The notes below the pieces were generated by a model that was given only the letters and a program-made list of their open reading frames with translations, did no database searches and was not told where the DNA came from. A stretch of 64,000 nucleotides of DNA, taken from contig NC_042998.1 in assembly GCF_006345805.1 (NCBI RefSeq), positions 120,218,001 to 120,282,000 on the forward strand, given 5' to 3'. Origin of the DNA: Octopus sinensis. Lineage: Eukaryota. This document shows positions 39,586-52,504 of this stretch, piece after piece; positions within the stretch are counted from its first letter, which is position 1, and the number at the start of each line of letters is the position of its first letter. The translations under genes were made by a program, and so were the position numbers.

Positions 39586-41009
39586 TAGATGAGGAAACAA
39601 AACCTTTAGGTGATTACTGCCTCCATTCTGAAGGTAGCCTGGTTGGAAATTGGTGGCTTTGGAATAGTTTCTCAAATGAAATTTTGGGTTTACTGGAAAC
39701 AGGATGCCATCTATGAAATGGGGAAGATACAAGGTAGAGGATTATGTACCACCTGAATAAGACACTCATAAGATATTATTCAGTACTTGGAATGTGGTTG
39801 GGCTGTTAAGTTTCATGATGACTTCAGTTGAATTACTAACACTTGGTAGATTATAATATTGCTTCTCTGGTTAGTCTGAAATCTTTCCCTAATTGTTACT
39901 TTAAAAAACAGTGTGCCTTATAATTTACCCACTCTATGAAAGTCATGGATGCATGCAACTGTATGCCTCTTCCTCCATCACAGTCTTATCCTATCAGCTC
40001 CCTCAACACATAGCATTTTTCCCTTTAGGAAACATCCATATCAGTTTGTTATATAATGCATCATAAGTCACTGACCAAGACCACCTTCACTGGAGGTGTG
40101 GAGAGAAAGAGCATGGCTAATGACATCAAAAAATGGACTAGAAACAAGAGCTTGGTTGGTTGTATGCATGCAGCACAACACAGAGAGAACTGGAGGATCT
40201 TGGCAAGTTAATCCCTGGACACAGGAAGGACACCTGTATGCTGGCATATCAGTTATGAAAGTCTAATCTTAGCTAAAGAGAATTGCAACAAATATTCAGT
40301 ATTTGGATTTGCAGTGTGTTGGTGTTTCCTTAACAAATAAAATCAATTTATTGGAAAATAATAAAAGACTATGTAGATAGTTAACAATGTTTAATTTTAT
40401 GAAATGTTTAATGATTTAAAGTTATTTATTTAGATTTTAAATAAGCAAGAAAGAATTTTTAATTTTTTTATTTGGTCAAAGATTCTTTTGAATTAATGGA
40501 GTTACATAGGTGCTGCAGGCATGGTCACAAAGTTTGCTTCAGAACTACATGGTTCTAGGTTTGATCTCACAGTACTGCACCTTGGGCAAGTGTTTTCCAC
40601 CATAGCTGTAGATCTGTTAGAAACCTATAACTGACAATGTTATTCACTAATCATAACATATGTTTTCATGTGGTTTATAATCTGTGATTTTATTAGTTAA
40701 TATCAGCTTTAATAAATGCTAACTTCCGGTATACGGAGCTTTTAACTGGTAGCACTTGCATGTGCAAGTTGTTTGCAAGACATCTATAGATTTAATTTGT
40801 CAAACATCACTCACGGTTTGAATGCTGTGGATCAAGTGAGTGTTTTGCACAAGACAGCTTGTCCCTTGGAATACTTATAAAAATGTCAGAAAATAAATAT
40901 CAGCAATTATTATCAAATATTCTTTACTTATACTGATGATATTGAAAAAGTAATTGAGCTTCTTCTTGAGTTATTTGTGTTATTAAAAAAGATGTTTTAG
41001 ATATTTTAA

Positions 41010-41225
41010 CCCTTTTGATACCAACCTTCTTGAGACCACCCCTGGTTCTATTATATGAACTTTGTTATTTTAAAGTATTCTAGATTAAAACCTTCCATTA
41101 AAATTTCATATAAATTCATGTTCCAAACACCAAACAGCAAAGTTATTTTATGAAACACTTCCTCATTTTCAAAAACAACTGTAACAAAGGCAGTGTATTT
41201 TAACAGAAACATGGTAACAAATAGG
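41010..41225. mobile_element. piggyBac-type MITE flanked by TTAA
   Basis: TTAA at 41006-41009 and 41226-41229; imperfect TIR CCCTTTTGATACCA / TGGTAACAAATAGG. A similar right end occurs at ~47415-47435. Confidence 0.65.
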
Positions 41226-42924
41226 TTAAGTCCATTAAAAGTAATTATGGTGAAACAAACATCTGACTGTGCCATTAGGGTGCTATCTCCATTAGCTGAA
41301 GGGGTAAATAGTTGGTGATGCAGTGTGTCAATTGCAAAGACACTTAACACTCAGTGTCTCAATCTGCCTAGCAGTAAATGGGTACTATGCTGCGACCAGT
41401 TCATACCCCTCTCCACTTCATCCAACATTAAATAGATAATTACAATGAGGAAGTATCCGTTAAATAAAGAGTACTTTATAATTTTTTTCAAGTGTTTTGT
41501 TAGTTTTCTTAGCCTGTCTGTGATTGGTTGGTGTTCTGTCCAAGGAAACACATCTCTCTACCATTTAATTCCCTTTAAACATCTCTAGTTGACCACTTAA
41601 CTAGTGACACCACTTGGCAACAGAAAACTATAAATGAACCCTGTGCAAGCTGTTTATCTAAAATAGTCTTGTTTGCAAGTAAGTTACAACACTATGAGAA
41701 TGTTTAGACCAGTGCTTCTCAATCTATTTGATTTCATGGCCCACAAGAGATCAAATAAAAAACATTACTAGTACACTTCACATGGACAAATGCTATAAAA
41801 TTAAAAGTAAAAACATAGAAAGCTGTTACCTTTTTCATTTATAATTTTTGTGTGAAGTGTGGACATGGTTGTGTGGTTACAAAGTTTGCTTTGCAGCAAT
41901 GTAGTTCTGGGTTTATCTAGTGTTTTCACAGCTGCTGCCTCGTGAGTTTTGTCTGCTGATGTTACAGTTTTGGGTTTTTGAACACACTGCATCCATAGGG
42001 GATTGTATCCCCAGATGAATACCTATTTCTTTATTATCCACAAGGGGCTAAAGACAGAGGGGACAAACAAGGACAGACATAGGTATTAAGTCGATTACAT
42101 CGACCCCAGTGCGTAACTGGTACTTAATTTATCGACCCCGAAAGGATGAAAGGCAAAGTCGACCTCAGCGGAATTTGAACTCACAACGTAACGGCAGACG
42201 AAATACCGCTAAGCATTTCGCCCGGCGTGCTAACGTTTCTGCCAGCTTGCCGCCTTATGAATACCACAATCCAATTGCCTTTCACAATGCATCTGTATTT
42301 AGTATGATACACAGATGACTGTTTTGGTCTGATACTGCTTCTGTTGTATATAGTGAATTATAAATATGTTTTGCAAGACATTTAAGCATAAGTGTGTATT
42401 TTCTAAAACCATACATTATATTTTTAAAAGCCTGTAGCACATCTAGATAATCATATTACATATCTTTTAAGAATAATCTGTTTAGATTGTCATTAAAGAC
42501 CAACTCTTTATTTCACCATTTCTAAAATGTTTTGGTCAAATATATATGGTATTCTACAAGCACCAAAACTGACAGGAAGTATGAAAACAAATATCCTCTG
42601 AAGGTGTGATATTCTCACATTAGAGTCTCTATGTCATCACTCAAACTGCTAGAAATATTCAAATCTACCTCAAATAACACCCTTGTCTCTAAACCAAAGG
42701 TAGACACATTGGATAATGTAGTTATATTTGTATACTGTCTGCCTAAAGGGTAGATGGTTTTTGACCAGAATACCTAAACGCCATCTGCTAGGGAGCTACT
42801 AGAAATAGTAGATCAGGTATCCTTATATAGTAGATTAGGTATCCTTAAAAAAAGAAAGAGATGTTAGATAATAATAATAATAACAATAATAATAATAATA
42901 ATAATAATGATAATAAATCCTTAA

Positions 42925-43165
42925 ATAACCCTACTCAGGGACCTTTTGAGCAGGATGGGCTGCTCACCTAAAGAAAATTCTAACTGGACCCCACCTGCAA
43001 GGTCATGTGCTGTTTATCTTGATATGAAATCATGTTGCGCACACATGGTTGTGATGCATGTGCCTGGTGTACCCTTATCAGACAGGTAGTCATGATGGGT
43101 ATACTGGGCTTCGTATATTTTACCCCAGTAAATTTTGATGGCATGCACTGCTCTCTCACATAATA
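42925..43165 (+). mobile_element. Interspersed repeat with (AAT)n tail, 5'-truncated copy of 57290-57750
   Basis: Shared AACTGG-CCCCACCTGCAAG-TCATG-GCTGTTTATCT...GGCATGCACTGCTCTCTC; flanked by (AAT)n. Confidence 0.75.
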
Positions 43166-43759
43166 ATAATAAAGTTGTGTACATTTTTTAACATACTTTT
43201 GTACACTAGAACATGAAAGGCATTTATTACAGGATTCTGTCTTGGAAAAAAAATCTCTATAAACTTTGTGTATAAAAACATTTCAAACCAAGCTCCAAGT
43301 GATGTCAGTGTTTCATAGTGTTTCAGCATGATTTTGCATTTTCAGTGGTAGATATCTCCTCAGTCGCTTGAAGCTAAGTTGGAACTTTAGTTTGATCCTC
43401 ACTACTTCGTGTGCTTATACTAAAATATTTCCAGCTTGGCAAGCCTCAGCTGACACTAGCAAATATTTTGTTTGTTCTTTCTATGATTGATGTGATATCT
43501 GCCACTGAAGAGGCAAACTCATTCCAAAACACTGTATCTGATAGTCCACTTGGAGCTGGGCTCAATGTGTTTTTATACATAAAGTCTAGAAAGAGAAATC
43601 TTCTTCCTTGACAAAATCTCAACAAAAGCCTTTCGTGATCTAGTGTAGAAGTGGTGTGTAAAAAATAAATGCACACAGTCAAGGGAAATTGAATCGTGGC
43701 CAATGACTCAGCAAGTAAAATGAGTTTGCAGCCATGGCTTTTACCAGTGTTTCATAACC

Positions 43760-44230
43760 AGCCCATTTAAAAGCACTCTTGAATCGCCGGGTGATACACT
43801 GCTTTTGAGAAGACCTATTGAGTCAAGTAAAATCAATCAAAAATCAAAATCAAAACGGAAATTGTAGTTGTGGCCGATGCCAGTGTCGCCTAACTGGCAC
43901 CTGTGCTGGTGGCACGTAATAAGCACAATTCAAGCATGGGTCGATGCCAGTCCCACATGACTGGCTCCCCGTGTCAGTAACATGTAAAAAAACACCATCT
44001 GAACATGGCCAATGCCATGTGACTGGCTCCTGTTCCAGTGGCACATAAAAGCACCTTGTGATTGTGGTCAATGCCAGTGTTGCCTGATTGGCTCCTGTGC
44101 CAGTGGCATGTAAAAAGCACCCACTGCACTCTCAGAATGGTTGGCGTTAGGAAGAGCATCCAGTCATAGAAACCTTGCCAAATAAGATTAGTGCCTGGTG
44201 CAGCCTACTGGCTTGTCAGTTCCCAGTCAA
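43760..44230 (+). mobile_element. Short RTE-tailed element, plus orientation
   Basis: Reverse complement of the 3505/33998 family (GTGGTTGGCGTTAGGAAG-GCATCCAG). Confidence 0.75.
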
Positions 44231-45255
44231 ACATCACTCACAGTGAAGAAATTGGAGCTGCTTTATGCCTTCCTATATTTTGTGAATCGCCAAATTTATG
44301 TGTGAGCTGAGTGTGTGTAATAGAATCTATTTGATGAAAGGCTTCTATGTGTGGACATGGCTATGGTTAGGCAGATTTATGACGAAAGATGTTTCAGCTG
44401 TGATTATTCTGTCTTTTTGTATATTTAGAACTGTGTTGTTTATGTTATTTAATGAATCCTTCCTTTTGAAAGACAGTAGGATGTGATATATAGGAATTTA
44501 TACTGCTATTTCTGCAGGTGAAAAGTGGTAAAAATAGGACATATGAATCTTAAAAGGAAACAAAACACATGTGGGCAAGTGTGTGTGTGTGTGTGCATGC
44601 ATGCTGCAGAGAGAGAGAGAGAGAGAGAGAGATCCAAGGCCAAGAAAGCTGGCTCCTGTTTGTAGTGATGTTAATATTTTAAGGTGGTGAAGGTTAGTTA
44701 ACAGAGGTAACATATGGACAGGAAGGAAATTCTAGAGAGAATTGCAGTTTTCACAGGAAGGATCTTCTATTTTGTTTATCTGCTAAATGAGCAGTGGGGT
44801 GGGGATAAGGGTGGGCTAAATAATGTGGTGTGTGGGTTCATATGTATTATGTCACTCCTGAAATATATTTAATTTTGAAGTGTTGCATTTCATCCCTACC
44901 ACAGTTAATGTTAATTTTAGATCTCAATTACTCTGTATTTAAAATTTTTCATAACATTCTGACATTGATTTTATTAATTAAAAAGTATTTATAATTTTTA
45001 ACCTCTCTCTAAAGTTGCTATCATTACTTTGATTTCAAAATTATGTATTTATTTGGTCTTAGAATGTCAATCAAATAGTAATTGTATCTCTTGAAGCTAG
45101 CAGTCTACCTGGCTGAGAAGTTTTTTTTTAACCACTTTGCAGTCAGTTGATTAGATGAAGGAAGAGCATTTAATAAAGAAAGCAATTGCTCTTCATTGTC
45201 AATTGATTTGATAGAAATAACCAAATATCCCTCAAATCTCACATCACAACCATAG

Positions 45256-45450
45256 CCCTTTAGCATTCAGATTACTCTGACAAATGTATTCCTTTTTATT
45301 CAAGTTGGTTTGAATTAATCATGGATTATCTTGTAACCTGTGATGATGTGATTGTTTATTTTTAGAATGACATTGTAGGGTAGATGTGAGAGGCCAGATC
45401 TAGCTGGTTTGAATATAAAACATGTAGAAAATTTGGGCTGGATATGGCAG
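45256..45450. mobile_element. Probable piggyBac-type MITE, truncated
   Basis: Begins CCCTTTAGCATTCAG, similar to the 41010 terminus; the TTAA is degenerate and the right end is missing. Confidence 0.45.
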
Positions 45451-45614
45451 GATCCATCATTGACCAGTGTAGTTGTACATATGCAGGATCCAAGAAAACA
45501 ACAGGGTACTTCTGGTCAGTTACAGTTGATCTAAGACTAAACTACTGGGATTTTATTTTGTCAACCCCAGAAAGATGAAAAGTAACTCAGAAAATAAATA
45601 TACATAACTATATC

Positions 45615-45975
45615 ATCATCATCATCATCATTTAGCATCTGTTTTCATGCTGGCATGGGTTAGACACTTGACTGGGACTGGGACTGGTAAGCTAGACAGC
45701 TGTACTAGGCTCCAGTCTGATTTGGCCTAGTTTCTATGGCTGGATGCCCTTACTAATGCCAACCACTCCAAGAGTTATATGTCACTGGCACTGGCCACGA
45801 CTACAGTTTCACTTGACTGGACATGTCTTCTCAAGCACAGCAAATCACCAAAAGTCTTGATCACTTGTCATCACCTCCATGAGACTCAACATCTGAAGAT
45901 CATGTTTCACCTCCTCATCCCATGTCTTCCTGAGTCTACCTCTTCCACAGGTTCCTTCTGCAGTTAGAGATTGAC
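45615..45975 (-). mobile_element. Short RTE-tailed element, internally deleted
   Basis: (cat)n tail plus family motifs. Confidence 0.7.
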
Positions 45976-45995
45976 ACACAGAGAAATATTGTATT

Positions 45996-46692
45996 ACTAG
46001 CAGTATAACCCGTCCTTGCCCGGGATTAAGTTACGATTATTAAGCTAATCAAGTTCGTTATTTTAAACCAAACTAAGTAATATCGACTCTCAATAAAACA
46101 CTTTTTTACTCGGCGTAAAATAAAAACAAAACTCTTTCGCACCCGAAGTAATGTGTGAGAGAGAGAGAGAGAGGGGAGGGGAAAGAAAGATGAACAATTT
46201 AAAATAAATAAATGATTTAAAATAAATATATTGTAATTGTTGTGTGAGAAAGTATATATACTATGATTATAAAATATAGTGTCTTTCAAAATCATCCTGA
46301 ATTAGAACACTATATCTCGTGTTTAAGAAAAAAGAAAACATTTTACATTTTATTTTTTATGAACGTTGTCATTTTCTCTCTCTCTCCCTCTCTCACTTTG
46401 TCTTTCCCGTGAAACTCTCTGCCTCCTTCTTCCACTTTTCTTTATCTTTTTTTTTTTGTTAGACACTGTCAAAAAGCTATGGCTGATATTTTTTATGGTT
46501 AAACGCTATGGCTGAAAATAGATTTTTACGCTATCCGCGGGTGCCTCGGGAAAAAAATAAGTTGACAAAACCCAGATAGGATGTTGATGAATGTCCTCCT
46601 AAAATTTGAGCTACATGCGTGCTAATTTGTGGATGTGCATAAATTACAATCACGTACACACGCACACACATCATGCCTTTTATAGATATGAT
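45996..46692 (+). mobile_element. Non-autonomous Helitron/Helentron-like (DINE-1-type) element
   Basis: Starts ACTAGCAGTATAACCCGTCCTTGCCCGGG; CpG-richer than flanks; (CA)n near a 3' end of TTTTATAGATATGAT. Confidence 0.6.
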
Positions 46693-46931
46693 AATTAGTT
46701 CTCTATTGTTTTTGTTTTATCTTCTACTTGATTAGGTACAAAATATATGTAAATAATGAAGGCAAATTAGACATTAATTAAAATGCAATGAAATATTTCT
46801 AAAACAATGTTTTAGTTAAAAAAATAGTGAAGACTACTATTAGAAACTATTTTTTAAAAGCAGTAATGATTGTATGTTTGAATTATTCAAGTATTTTTAT
46901 GAATTATTATGAAAATCCCATTTTCTTCTAG

Positions 46932-47022
46932 TGATGATGTCCGAGAGCAAGGATTTACCATCATTCTTGATATGAGAGGTTCCACATGGCAAACAGTAAA
47001 ACCTATACTTAAAGCCTTGCAG
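46932..47022 (+). CDS. TRIO: Trio/Kalirin exon, SEC14 domain (SDDVREQGFTIILDMRGSTWQTVKPILKALQ)
   Basis: ttcttctag acceptor, CAG|gtgagt donor; 91 nt, phase 2 to 0, in frame with previous exon. Matches GFTVIVDMRGSKWDSIKPLLKILQ. Confidence 0.95.
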
Positions 47023-47676
47023 GTGAGTTGTGAAAATATTTAGAACATATTTCTTTCAATCTCTGTTACAATGAAAGTCTAGTTTACAAGACTTTAACTC
47101 TTTCAGTACTAGCATAGCTAAGACTGGCCCCCTGGTCCCATATCATCAACTGGCAACCCCCTCCCCCAATGCCTGTAACAAACTATTTTTGTTTAAAGTG
47201 AATCTTGATGAAAACCTTGTTATTTACATGAATGGCTACACATTATTCCAGTAGATAAAAGTTCTATTGTAATTTTATATAAGAACCTTTTGTTGAATTA
47301 TACTCCAAACATCTGCTTAATAAAATGTTTGCAATTATTTTGTTACCATCTCCACCTCCTCCATTCTTGATTATATGGGAATTAATTGAAGCATATAAAC
47401 AGTCTATTCTTGTTAGAAATATGGTAACAAAGGGTTGAAAGACATCTGACTGACTTAAGAATGGATATAACTTGTTATTGTAGCTATTGTACTTTTCCAT
47501 CAGGCTTTTTGTAACCTTACCAGTGGTGTAGATAATTGCAATAACAAATAGTAGTGGTATTGTAGTTATTTTGAAATACTGATCTTATGAATTATTGATT
47601 ACTTTAGAATGTTTTTCAAGAAATACTTTATTTAAAGAGGACTTATATAACTGCTTTATTTATAATTTCTTCGCAG

Positions 47677-47778
47677 GAATGTTTTCCTGGCAATATTCAA
47701 ATGGCATTCATTATCAAGCCTGAAAAATTTTGGGAGAAGCAAAGAACCAGTTTGGGAAGTGCCAAGTACAACTTTGAA
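47677..47778 (+). CDS. TRIO: Trio/Kalirin exon (ECFPGNIQMAFIIKPEKFWEKQRTSLGSAKYNFE)
   Basis: ttcgcag acceptor, GAA|gtgagt donor; 102 nt, phase 0 to 0. Matches ALIIKPDNFWQKQRTNFGSSKFEFE. Confidence 0.95.
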
Positions 47779-48012
47779 GTGAGTATCATATTTTTCAGAA
47801 TGAAGAGATTATAAACCTTATTTATCATTAACTAATGAAGTGTTTTGGAACACTTTCATTTAAAAGATTGTTTTAAACTGTAAATTGATTTTTTATGTTA
47901 TAAATTAAAATTATATTCAGTTCCCATTTCTATTAATTATTTAATTGTTGTCATACTTGTTATTTCCTCTTTCTATAACTTTTACTAATATTTTATCATT
48001 CATTTTTTCCAG

Positions 48013-48126
48013 ACCAATATGTTATCAGTTGATAATCTTTCCAAATTTATCGATTCATCTCAGCTTACGAGAGAATTTGATGGTACTCTGGATTATGATC
48101 ATGAACAGTGGATTCAACTCCGACTG
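48013..48126 (+). CDS. TRIO: Trio/Kalirin exon, end of SEC14 domain (TNMLSVDNLSKFIDSSQLTREFDGTLDYDHEQWIQLRL)
   Basis: ttttttccag acceptor, CTG|gtaagg donor; 114 nt, phase 0 to 0. Matches SQLTPEFDGCLEYNHEEWIEIR. Confidence 0.95.
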
Positions 48127-49307
48127 GTAAGGAAGGAATAAATGCTTCATCTTAAAATTTATTGTGGAGTTAGAGGACCACTGAAAGATGAATCATTATG
48201 TGATGGACAAGCCATTGAAAAGACCTCCATGTGGTCACTCAACCTAGTAGAAATTGCAGCCAAATCTCTCAAATCATACACTCAAAAAAGACACTGATGA
48301 TATAGTCCCAAGTACACTATAACTCAAAAGAATGATGAATGGACAAAGTTAGAACTAGAGTACCTTTGGCCATATGTTGATTTGGTCATTTTAATTTTGT
48401 ATTGATCAAGCACTTCATCTAATGGTGCTATGGAAGACACAGAGAAATGATTTCCTGTGGATATTTTAAGCCTAAAGGGAAACTCAGGTACTGTGTGCTA
48501 ATGAAGCACTTACCTGTCTGTTGAGACCGTTTAACCAAAGACTGTTAACCCACTGCTCAAGCACTTTATCAGTGTGGTAGGTTAAGACTATAAGGAAGGA
48601 ATAAAATCAGATATCTCAGTAGATTAACACAATCAACCAATTATAGTGTAAATAATTTGTTATTTTTAAATAGCAGCAATGGATTAAATTCTAGTTGGAA
48701 AACACCTTGCACACAATTTTTATATTCCAGTAATTTCTCTCACTTTTACTTTAATAATTAGTGTTGCTGCAAAAAATTCACTCCTCTGTCTCTCTCTCTC
48801 TCTTTTTCTCCTCATATTCTTTACTTTTGTCACTTAAAAAATTTACTTTTTCTTGAATATTCTCTTTCTGTTTATTGTAAGTATATGGATCCTGTAGTAA
48901 AATCAACTTAAATTTAATCTCCTATTTGTCAAGGAATTTTTCTCTTTTTTTCTTTTTTTTTTTTCAGTATTTAAAATTTTGATAAATGTAATAATTTGTA
49001 GTGTAAACATATTAAGTAATAGATGAAATCTTTATTTAGAAGAAACTACTTGTCAGATCCACTATCAGGTTATATAAATGTTAAACTGTAAGCTGTTGTT
49101 TCCCATGGATACTTTATCTTTTACTCTTAGGAAGCTTTGAGCAGTTTTTACATCCTGATAACTCATTTTCAGGCTTGCAGCTTTTTGTTTTTTTATTCAT
49201 ATATCATGCATACATCTGAAATTAAGAGAAAAGAGAGGGTTGTATAAAAAAATAGCTTTAATTAAAAATATGACACATTATAAAAATGTTTTTGTATTTC
49301 TATGTAG

Positions 49308-49536
49308 ATGTTGGAGGAATTTATCTGGAAAGCATTAGACCTTCTAGACAAACTCGATGAGTTAGCAGAAATCCTGACATGTCCGGAGTTACCTGATGAT
49401 TTAAATGGTGCCCAGATTCAGTTAGAGCACCACAACCAGCTGAAGAAAAGAGTCACCAAAGCTCCAGTTGAACAATTGACAATGGAAGGGCATCACATTC
49501 TGAAGACAATCACTGGAGAAGAAGATAATTTATCTG
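49308..49536 (+). CDS. TRIO: Trio/Kalirin exon, spectrin-like repeat (MLEEFIWKALDLLDKLDELAEIL...KTITGEEDNLS)
   Basis: tatgtag acceptor; 229 nt, phase 0 to 1. Donor TCTG|gtgatt is weaker but frame-compatible with the next exon. Matches ELPQDLEGA...HSQLKKKVIKAPIEDL. Confidence 0.9.
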
Positions 49537-51782
49537 GTGATTATTGTAAATGTTAAACATTATATTTTTTTCCCTGTAGAAACTATTTAAATGTGTATTT
49601 ATGTGTAATATTGTGGTTATCCTGTCAGCTGTTATTAATAATACTTATAAACAAGGAGGCAGAATGTAGGACTAAAATGTCTTGTAATATTTTGTTACAC
49701 CTCTTTGTTTTGACTTTAGAACTTACTGTGGGCATACCTCTGATATGTTCTACATTCAAATTTCTCCAAGATTAACTTTTCTGTACAGCCTTCTTGAGAC
49801 ATCAGAATGAGAGATCAGTGATGTATTAGAGTTAATTAAGCTGGCTATACAATCTCCCAAAATACCTTACTTTCTAATAATATAAATGATTGATATTATT
49901 TGTTTAACATTAAGTTAGCCTAGATCATGTAAGCCTAAGACATGTAGATAATTAGTCAAGTAACTAAGTATGATTCACAGATCTATTGTTCCTTGTATCT
50001 CAGATTTCTTCCTTGTTGAGGACTATTCTGTTTGCTGCCTTATGTGGTGAAGTGTAATGACATGATATGTTGCTTTCTCTTCAATGTGCAGTCTGCTTTT
50101 GTATGCCAATAGGTTCTGTTGGTATTTAAAGCATGGGTGGGTAATGTGGACTCAGAGTATGACTGTTGCTGTTTCTTTTTATTTAAATATATATATCTCA
50201 GCAATGTTTGATGGGTCTAATGAAAGTGTCTGGTAAATTCATTGTGATAAATTCATCACCTGTAATTTCATCACAAGTTTATGAATTGTAAACCAATATA
50301 TCACCAGTAAATTAATCATCATACCAAATATGTTGCTGGTAAATTGCAGAATATAAAACATCATTAGACAGTAAAGTTTTTATTTGCAGAGTAAATGTTT
50401 CATTTCATTAACAATAAAAAAAATATATTTATTTCAAATTTGCTTATTTTGCAGTAAAAAGTTAACATTATTTTGGAGGAAAGAGAAATATTCTAAAAGG
50501 CAAATTATGAGCATTACCTCTTAAATTAATCCAATTGTTAGTGATTTGATATTTACTGATATGGATTGGATTCTTGCTTCACTACCTTTATATTTCTTTC
50601 TACATTCTGGAATTTTTGCACCAGTAGTACACTGTTTAATTATTACTGCTTTTTTTTTGTTCTTTGAATGTTTTTTTTTTAAATTTTCAGATAGTAGGGC
50701 AGGATATCTTGACCAATCCACTAAATGATTGATGCTAGCCTTCACAAGAATTGTTTAAGAGGCACCTTCTTGGGCTGCCATAAAATAATTTCAAACTGTA
50801 TGGTCGACGTGAGCAGATTGGTGTAATAGGTGATGTTCTGAGTGTCCAATCCACATATCCTTTACATAATCTAAGGCTGGCTGTGCTTCTTTGAGAAAAC
50901 AGTTATTGTATAAATATTTGAAAGAATGAATTACATTTAAGACAGGCATGGATGCAATGGTTGTAATTGTATACATCTTCTATACAAATTCTGCATCATT
51001 TTTGGTTAGTTGTTGCAGACCATTTGTTTGAATAAATTAAAATCTACATTAGGAGAAATTAGTGTTAATTTACTGTGACGTATGTAATCACTTTGAATTT
51101 GCACTGAACTGCTCATGAGGTTATATTTATATGTATTTTATGTTTGTCTGAAGTGTACACATGTTAAATACACTACACTTGGACTGAGTGCAAAGTATCT
51201 ATGTTGGGTTTGCCACACTGTTGCTGAGTACACAATATTCATGGTGAAGAAATCATGCTAATGCTGAGCACACCAACACTACATTTGTGCTGAGTATTCT
51301 ACACCCATGCTGAATCTACTAAGATCACATTGATTAAAATACACTCATGTTCAGTTTACATGTTGATTGTATCTCACTGGTATTGAGCGCATTGCACTCA
51401 AGCTGAGCACACCGCAACCAGGCTGTGCTCACCACATCTTGGCTGAGTATACAACACTTATATTGCGCATACTACATTTATCATGTACAAGAAGCACTCA
51501 TGTTGAGTATTCTTAACTAAGGACACAATCTAGGTGACATATGAATTGAATCCTGTTCCTTTAGCCAGGAGATCAACACCTTATGTCACAAGCCTATATT
51601 ACACCCCTTATGCTTTAATAAAATTTCAAATGAACAAAACCTGAACTATTTTTGAAAAATGCATGTTTAAAATGCATATTTGTTATCATTCCAATTACAT
51701 AAATTATATTTTTCTTCCTCAGCTGAATTTATTACCCATTGATAAAGATTTCTGCTCTAAAGTTAGTAATATTGTCTTTCAG

Positions 51783-51967
51783 GCTCTAGTCATAAACTCT
51801 TTGTGATATCTGGAAATGCTGATTTCCAGAGTGCTGTCCCTCAGATTTCTCACCTTTTGGACAATCTCCAGTCGACTAAGCAGCACCTAAATCAGTTGTG
51901 GATAAATAAAAAAGCTCGACTTGAACAATGTCTACAGCTGCGGGTATTTGAGAATGATGTGGAGAAG
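51783..51967 (+). CDS. TRIO: Trio/Kalirin exon, spectrin repeat (GSSHKLFVISGNADFQSAVPQISHLLDNLQSTKQHLNQLWINKKARLEQCLQLRVFENDVEK)
   Basis: tctttcag acceptor, AAG|gtactg donor; 185 nt, phase 1 to 0. Matches SGNADLQ...HLHQMWHVRKLKLDQCFQLRLFEQDAEK. Confidence 0.93.
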
Positions 51968-52504
51968 GTACTGTTAATTTTCTTTCTTTGTGTGTTGTTT
52001 TGCTCTCTTGCTTCTGTGTTTCCAGTAGTTTTCTGAGGAAGGTATGATTTGTTACTGTCAGAGTGTGTACAAATATTGCTAAGAAGCACCACCTTGTAAA
52101 AGGTACATTCCCAATCAATTTGCTGTCAATAGAACATTCTAGATTTGTCTCATCCTACTATCTAAAAATGCTGTTTTCTGGTTGGTTTCTTGATACCTTC
52201 TAGAATGAACCAAACACATTCACTGAAAGTGTAAATATTCATTTGTTTTCATTGTTGACGTACTTACTAAGAATACATTTGGTAATTGGCCAGCTTTCTA
52301 AATGTTTGGCAACAGTGAACTATGTATAAGCTTCATGTAGTCAAATATAAGGACAAATACTAAGAATGAGTCAAGAACTAAACACAAGTCAGAAATACAG
52401 TGTTTGTAAACAAGGGTAAATATCAAAATAAAGATAAAATTACATTGAGTAAGAATAAGAAACCTAAGTATTAATTATTCTTCCTCCTTTGCTATTATGC
52501 TTCA

